This document shows positions 58,907 to 64,000 of a DNA stretch of 64,000 nt, one piece after another. Source of the stretch: Acidobacteriota bacterium (lineage in GTDB: Bacteria > Acidobacteriota > UBA6911 > RPQK01 > JAJDTT01); assembly GCA_965209055.1 (NCBI GenBank), contig OZ242374.1:5280001-5344000 (forward strand), read 5' to 3'. The notes below the pieces were generated by a model, which did not search any database, was not told the origin of the DNA, and worked only from the letters and a program-made list of their open reading frames with translations. Position 1 is the first letter of the stretch. Each line of letters opens with the position of its first letter. The position numbers and the translations under genes were made by a program.

Positions 58907-60703
58907 ATGCCGAACAAGTCTCGATTGCCAACCCTCCCCTTCCCGCTGATCATCCATTTGCTCGTCGGCGCCGTCCTGCCGGCATGTGCTGCACCCCAGG
59001 GCGCGGAGGAACCCAGGTCCCAACCCGAGTATCGCATCAGGACCCAAATCAACCTGAAGGTTCCCATGCGCGACGGGGTGAATCTCGCGGCCGATGTCTT
59101 TCGCCCGGACGCACCCGGAAAATTTCCCACCTTGCTCCTGCGCAGCTACCACGGGACGCAGGGGTACATGACGATGGCCCTCTACTTCGCCCGCAGGGGC
59201 TATGCGGTGGTCATGGTGGATGTTCGAGGCCGATACGATTCGGACGGGGAGTTCGAATTCTACGTGTACGAACCGGAGGACGGCTACGACACCCAGCAAT
59301 GGGTGGCGAAACAGACCTGGTGCAATGGAAAGATCGGCCTCTTCGGCCATTCCTACAACGGCTTCACCCAGTTGATGCCGGCGCCATTGCAGAGTCCCCA
59401 TGTCCTGTGCATGATCCCCAGCTCCTGCCAGCAGACCAATTTCGGCCATATCTACAACGATGGCGTGCTCCAGCTCAACGTCGTGATCACGGCCGGCCTG
59501 TTCGGTTCCGGACGTGTGCTGCAGCCCACCATCGCCGGTGTCTACTCGGGTGATCCCTTCATCGACTACGACGAGATCTATCGGCGCCTGCCGTTGATCA
59601 CCGCCCTGGACGACATCGTGGAATTGCCCAACGTCAAGAAATGGATCGAGCATTCCACCTATGACGAGTACTGGAAGGCGCACGGAATACGGGACAAGTA
59701 CCATCTCATCCAAGCCCCCGCCTTTTTCATCAACGGCTGGTACGGCAATCTCCTCCTCGAAGGTTGGAAGAATCTGAACGGGTTTCGTCTCCAGGGAGGA
59801 TCTGCCGCCGCCCGCGAGGGCACCAAGATCATCGTCGGGCCCTGGACCCACGCGGTGAATCGGGTGGACCCGGACTGGCCCGTCGACTTCGGCGACACGG
59901 CAACCTACGACAGTCTCGATTTCCACGTGCGCTGGTACGACCACTGGCTCAAGGGGATGGACAACGGCATCGGCGAGGAGCCGCCCATCAAGATCTTCGT
60001 GATGGGAGCCAACCAGTGGCGCTTCGAGAACGAGTGGCCTCTGGAGCGAACCCGATTCACGCCGTTCTATCTGCACAGTGGAGGAAAGGCCAATTCGCTC
60101 TGCGGCGACGGATCTCTGACGGCTGAAGATCCCCTCCCGAATGCTCCAACGGACGGCTTTGTCTACGATCCGGAGAACCCCGTCCCCACCGTGGGTGGGC
60201 GGATTTCCACGAATCCCGAGCTCCAGGGACCTCGCGACCGGCAGGCGTTGCAGGAGCGTCAGGATATTCTCGTCTACACCTCGGAACCCCTGGAAGCGGA
60301 CCTGGAAGTCACCGGACCGGTGGAACTCAAGTTGTATGCCGCATCGAGCGCCGTGGACACCGATTTCACAGCGGCCCTGAGCGACGTCTACCCGGACGGC
60401 CGGGCGATTCTCATCTGTGAGGGAATCCGGAGGGCCAGCTTTCGGGAGTCACTGGAGCACCCGACTCCCATCGAACCGGGGAAGATCTATGAATACTCGA
60501 TCAGCCTTTGGGAGACCAGCAACGTCTTCAAGGCGGGTCACCGGATGCGGCTCGAGATCTCGAGCAGTGACTTTCCCCGCTACGCCCGGAACCTGAACAC
60601 GGGGAACCGGTCGGGGATGAGCGCCGAGATGTTGAAGGCCCGCCAGACCATCCATCACAGCGCGCGGTACCCGTCCCGTCTCGTGCTGCCGGTCATTCCG
60701 TAG
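58907..60703 (+). CDS. CocE/NonD-family hydrolase (probable lipoprotein)
   Basis: VPMRDGVNLAADVFRP, DVRGR, GHSY nucleophile, GPWTH, ISSSDFPRY. Confidence 0.92.
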   Translation: MPNKSRLPTLPFPLIIHLLVGAVLPACAAPQGAEEPRSQPEYRIRTQINLKVPMRDGVNLAADVFRPDAPGKFPTLLLRSYHGTQGYMTMALYFARRGYAVVMVDVRGRYDSDGEFEFYVYEPEDGYDTQQWVAKQTWCNGKIGLFGHSYNGFTQLMPAPLQSPHVLCMIPSSCQQTNFGHIYNDGVLQLNVVITAGLFGSGRVLQPTIAGVYSGDPFIDYDEIYRRLPLITALDDIVELPNVKKWIEHSTYDEYWKAHGIRDKYHLIQAPAFFINGWYGNLLLEGWKNLNGFRLQGGSAAAREGTKIIVGPWTHAVNRVDPDWPVDFGDTATYDSLDFHVRWYDHWLKGMDNGIGEEPPIKIFVMGANQWRFENEWPLERTRFTPFYLHSGGKANSLCGDGSLTAEDPLPNAPTDGFVYDPENPVPTVGGRISTNPELQGPRDRQALQERQDILVYTSEPLEADLEVTGPVELKLYAASSAVDTDFTAALSDVYPDGRAILICEGIRRASFRESLEHPTPIEPGKIYEYSISLWETSNVFKAGHRMRLEISSSDFPRYARNLNTGNRSGMSAEMLKARQTIHHSARYPSRLVLPVIP

Positions 60704-62153
60704 GGCCCGGCCTCTGCCCTGAGGCGGGGAAACGCGGCCGCTTCCTGCCTTCCCAACGGCTGCCCACCACCAGCACGACCAGCGAAACGAGCACTCCGAC
60801 CAGGACCGGATCCATGAATCCCCAGACAAAGAAGCTGGTCCCTGCCTTGAGCTCCCGGGGGGACAAGAGTTGACACAGGATGACAGCCCCGGCGCTGGAG
60901 GTCAGGGACGCCAGCACTGTCCGGCCCCTTCTGCGCATGGAGGGAAACAGCAGGATCGCAATCAGGACGGGTGCGAGCGAGCCGCCGACAATGCGGCCCC
61001 CGATCAGGAAAAGCTCCATGAGGAAGGGAATGTAGTAATAGGTGACGCAGGCCAGGACCGCGGTCAGGAGGATGCTGACGCGTGAGATCCAGAGCATCCT
61101 GCGGGAACCGGCATCCGGATCGATGAACCGCTGATAGATGTCGACCGTGACGTTGGATCCCATGGTGCCGATGGTCGAACTCAGGGTGGACATGTTGGCA
61201 CTCATGAGGGCCACAAAGATGATGCTCCCCAGGACGGGTCCGGCCACCTCGTTGGTCAGGTTGATGAAGACCTGGTCGGCCTCCACCTCCTTTCCGAAGA
61301 AGGCGATTCCGGTCAGTCCCAACAGGGCGGGAGTGATGTACCAGAAAACACAGAAGATCCCCCCGTAGATGAAACCACGTTGCGCCGCTTCGCGGCTGCG
61401 TGCGGCAAACGCCCTCTGGGCCAGGGTCTGGTAACCGCTGGATAGAAAGAACGCCACCGAAAACCATCCCATGATCTCGAGAGCTTCGAAGTTTCCGGTC
61501 GGCGAAAAAAGGGTCGGATCGTCCACTTTCTGGAAGATCCCGCCGAAGCCCCCCGCGCCCTGAATCGATAAAACCAGCAGCAGCACCGTCCCCAGAACGA
61601 TGATGAAGAACTGAATCGTGTCGGTGACCAGGACGGCCCACATTCCACCCAGCGTGACATAGAGCACGGTCACGAAGTAGGTCAGAACCAGCGCCTCGAA
61701 AATGCTGATTCCGAGTGCGGCAGAGGCCACGATCGCGGTCGCCCCGATGGTCCCCGCGGTGGCCGCGAAATCGCGCAGCATCGCCACCACCAAGGCCGCC
61801 AGGCGATGAGTCGGACCGAAGAAGCGTTCCAGGATCTGGGGAGTCGTGATGACCTGGAGTTTCCACATCCTCGGAACGAGGTAGATCCCGGCCCACAGGG
61901 TTCCGATTCCCACGGCGCCCATGTGCCAGTAACCGCTCAAGCCGAAGCTCTTCCCAAAGCCGGTCACGGTGATCAGAGTTACCCCGTTGATCCACGTGGC
62001 GGCCACCGAACACGCGATCAGGAAGGGTCCGACCCCCCGGCCGGCGACGGTCATGTCTTCATACGTCGCGACGCGCTTCCGGGCGCTCCAGACCCCGATT
62101 CCGATGAGCACGACGAGGTAGGCGGCGACCAAGGGCCAGAGAATGGCGTTCAT
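60693..62153 (-). CDS. Sodium:solute symporter
   Basis: VAGR, YVTLGGMWAVLVTDTIQ, SANMSTLSS; many TM helices. Confidence 0.9.
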   Translation of the reverse strand: MNAILWPLVAAYLVVLIGIGVWSARKRVATYEDMTVAGRGVGPFLIACSVAATWINGVTLITVTGFGKSFGLSGYWHMGAVGIGTLWAGIYLVPRMWKLQVITTPQILERFFGPTHRLAALVVAMLRDFAATAGTIGATAIVASAALGISIFEALVLTYFVTVLYVTLGGMWAVLVTDTIQFFIIVLGTVLLLVLSIQGAGGFGGIFQKVDDPTLFSPTGNFEALEIMGWFSVAFFLSSGYQTLAQRAFAARSREAAQRGFIYGGIFCVFWYITPALLGLTGIAFFGKEVEADQVFINLTNEVAGPVLGSIIFVALMSANMSTLSSTIGTMGSNVTVDIYQRFIDPDAGSRRMLWISRVSILLTAVLACVTYYYIPFLMELFLIGGRIVGGSLAPVLIAILLFPSMRRRGRTVLASLTSSAGAVILCQLLSPRELKAGTSFFVWGFMDPVLVGVLVSLVVLVVGSRWEGRKRPRFPASGQRPGPTE

Positions 62154-62314
62154 GGGGAAGAATACCGAAACAGCCCCACCCAGAAGAGGAAGAAAAGACC
62201 GACCGAGAGGAAGATAATGACGAAACCGATGAGGGCGCTTTGCCAGGAGGGTTCGTTCCGGTCGAGATGATCCAGATCTTCGAAGGAGTGTTCGTCGTTC
62301 ACGGAACCGTCCAT
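62150..62314 (-). CDS. Small single-TM protein coupled to the symporter
   Basis: MDGSVNDEHSFEDLDHLDRNEPSWQSALIGFVIIFLSVGLFFLFWVGLFRYSSP* (54 aa); ATGA overlap with the symporter start; below ORF-track cutoff. Confidence 0.7.
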   Translation of the reverse strand: MDGSVNDEHSFEDLDHLDRNEPSWQSALIGFVIIFLSVGLFFLFWVGLFRYSSP

Positions 62315-62547
62315 GAAATGAGCACCATTATGGGTGTCAAAGCCGCTTTTGGATCGTCTCGCACTTCGCGTCCCGCACCGGGATCGCCGGGTTTGAATAG
62401 CGCAGTTGCCGTCTCGACCGGCTCACCGGAAAGCTCGACCCCGATTCCGGGACCATGGGCATCTCAACGCAACCGAATAAGACTCTGGTGAGCGTTTCCT
62501 CCATGATATCGTGTTCCCACATCACCAGATAGCGCTCGCGAGGCGAG

Positions 62548-64000
62548 GTGCCGGAACAAGTCGATCCCATCCTTTTTGAGGTGATCCGCAACGCGCTGGT
62601 CGAGGCGACCGAAGAGATGTCGGTCTCCCTGCAGCGGACCGCGTATTCGACCAACATCAAGACTCGGCTGGATTATTCCTGTGCCTTTGTGGACCGCAGA
62701 GGACGAATGGTGGCCCAGGCCTTCTGCCAGCCCGCTCACCTGGTAACCATCGGCAGGCTGGTGCCGCGGGCCGTGGCCGAGTACGGGCCGGAAAACCTCC
62801 ACCCCGGCGACATGCTCGTGGTGAACGATCCCCATCGGCAGGCGAGTCACCTCAACGACATTTTTCTGGTCGCCCCTTTTTTCCACGCCGGAGAACTGCT
62901 GGGTTACGTCACGAACACCTGCCACCACGTCGACGTCGGAGGAGGCGCGCCGGCCAGCATCGGAGCTTTCCGGGAGATCTACCAGGAGGGCTTCATTCTG
63001 CCCGTGGTCAAGCTGGTCTCCCGGGAAAAAGTGGACGCCGATATCTGGAAGATGGTGCTGGCCAATGTCAGGGCGGCGCGGGAGGTGTCCGGAGACCTGC
63101 GGGCGCAGATCGCGGCCAACAAGATGGGCATGCGCCGCTTGGCGGCTCTCGTGGAACGCTATGGAATCGAGAAGCTCAAATCCTATATGGAAAGGCTGCT
63201 CGAATACACGGAGCAGCGGACCCGCAGCGAACTGGAGAAACTGCCCCGGGGAAGCTACGAAGCCGAAGGATGGCTGGACGACGACGGAATCACCGACCGG
63301 CCGGTGCACTTGAAGGCGCGGGCGACCCTGGACGGGGAAACCATCACCTTTGACTTCACCGGCTCGGACCGGCAGCGCTGGGCGCCCATGAACAGCAACT
63401 TGACTCAGACCTTTACCGCCTGTGTCTACGTGTTGAAGTGCCTGGTGGATCCGGACATACCGGTCAACGACGGCTTTTACCAGCCGATCCGCGTGATTGC
63501 GCCGAGTGGTTCGGTCGTGAACGCTCGGCATCCGGCCGCCATCGTCGGCGGCTGGGAAGTCTCCGTCCGCCTTTGCGAGATCCTTTTCCAAGCGCTCTCC
63601 CAAGTTCTGTCCAACTCGGTTCCGGCGGGTACCAAGGGGATGATGTGCCAGGTCGGTTTCGGGGGTCGAGATCCGAAAAGCGGCGAATACTACACCTATT
63701 ACGAGAGTCTGGCGGGAGGGTACGGCGGCCGCGTCGGCTCGGACGGACCGGACGCGGTGCAGACCCATATGCAGAACACCCAGAATGCACCCATCGAGGA
63801 GACGGAGCTCAACTACCCGGTTCGCATCACACGGTACAGCCTGATCCCTGATTCGGAGGGTCCGGGCCGGTTCCGGGGTGGTCTGGGGCTGTGTCGCGAA
63901 TACCTCTTTCCCGGCCACAAAGCGGTCTTCACTTCGCTCTCCGACCGGGCCAGGTTCGCGCCGCACGGACTGTTCGGGGGAGAGGCCGGCAAACTGGCCC
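62548..64000 (+). CDS. Hydantoinase B / 5-oxoprolinase-family protein (partial)
   Basis: Manual translation: DPILFEVIRNAL...AYSTNIKTRLDYSCA, NDP...HLND, HHVDVGG, GPGRFRGGLG; runs off the window. Confidence 0.9.
   Translation, partial: MPEQVDPILFEVIRNALVEATEEMSVSLQRTAYSTNIKTRLDYSCAFVDRRGRMVAQAFCQPAHLVTIGRLVPRAVAEYGPENLHPGDMLVVNDPHRQASHLNDIFLVAPFFHAGELLGYVTNTCHHVDVGGGAPASIGAFREIYQEGFILPVVKLVSREKVDADIWKMVLANVRAAREVSGDLRAQIAANKMGMRRLAALVERYGIEKLKSYMERLLEYTEQRTRSELEKLPRGSYEAEGWLDDDGITDRPVHLKARATLDGETITFDFTGSDRQRWAPMNSNLTQTFTACVYVLKCLVDPDIPVNDGFYQPIRVIAPSGSVVNARHPAAIVGGWEVSVRLCEILFQALSQVLSNSVPAGTKGMMCQVGFGGRDPKSGEYYTYYESLAGGYGGRVGSDGPDAVQTHMQNTQNAPIEETELNYPVRITRYSLIPDSEGPGRFRGGLGLCREYLFPGHKAVFTSLSDRARFAPHGLFGGEAGKLA

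Noticed and set aside
62464-63966. 500-aa minus-strand ORF
   Set aside because: Shadow of the + strand hydantoinase B gene, which the track missed because it has no stop in the window.

Overview
GC-rich bacterial chromosome segment; the gene families suggest Acidobacteriota (inference, not tested). Left third: a carbohydrate-type locus with five paralogous secreted proteins (four complete at ~790-830 aa, one cut by the window edge) with GH20/GH84-like architecture, a TonB-dependent receptor, an AlgI/AlgJ-like O-acylation operon, a toxin-antitoxin pair and an IS graveyard including an IS1634 with a 147-bp target duplication. Three copies of one conserved promoter lie upstream of its transcription units. 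Middle: a ~19.6-kb integrative element (24912-44561) inserted into a REP-like repeat (11-bp core GATTGGAAATC, 19-bp arm-type sites). Its tyrosine integrase gene is split after nucleotide 10 by a group II intron, so the native N-terminus needs splicing. It also carries a duplicated cassette (conserved structured leader, orphan gene, convergent secreted gene), an IS3-disrupted sigma-like gene, an IS1380 and phage-like remnants. Right third: SelA/DgaE-like PLP enzyme, TPR protein, sialidase-like protein, argR-argG-argH-argF, mqnC, methyltransferase, decayed TA genes, CocE/NonD hydrolase, sodium:solute symporter and a partial hydantoinase B. No rRNA, tRNA or CRISPR array was seen. All product calls rest on motif recognition by eye, without database searches.
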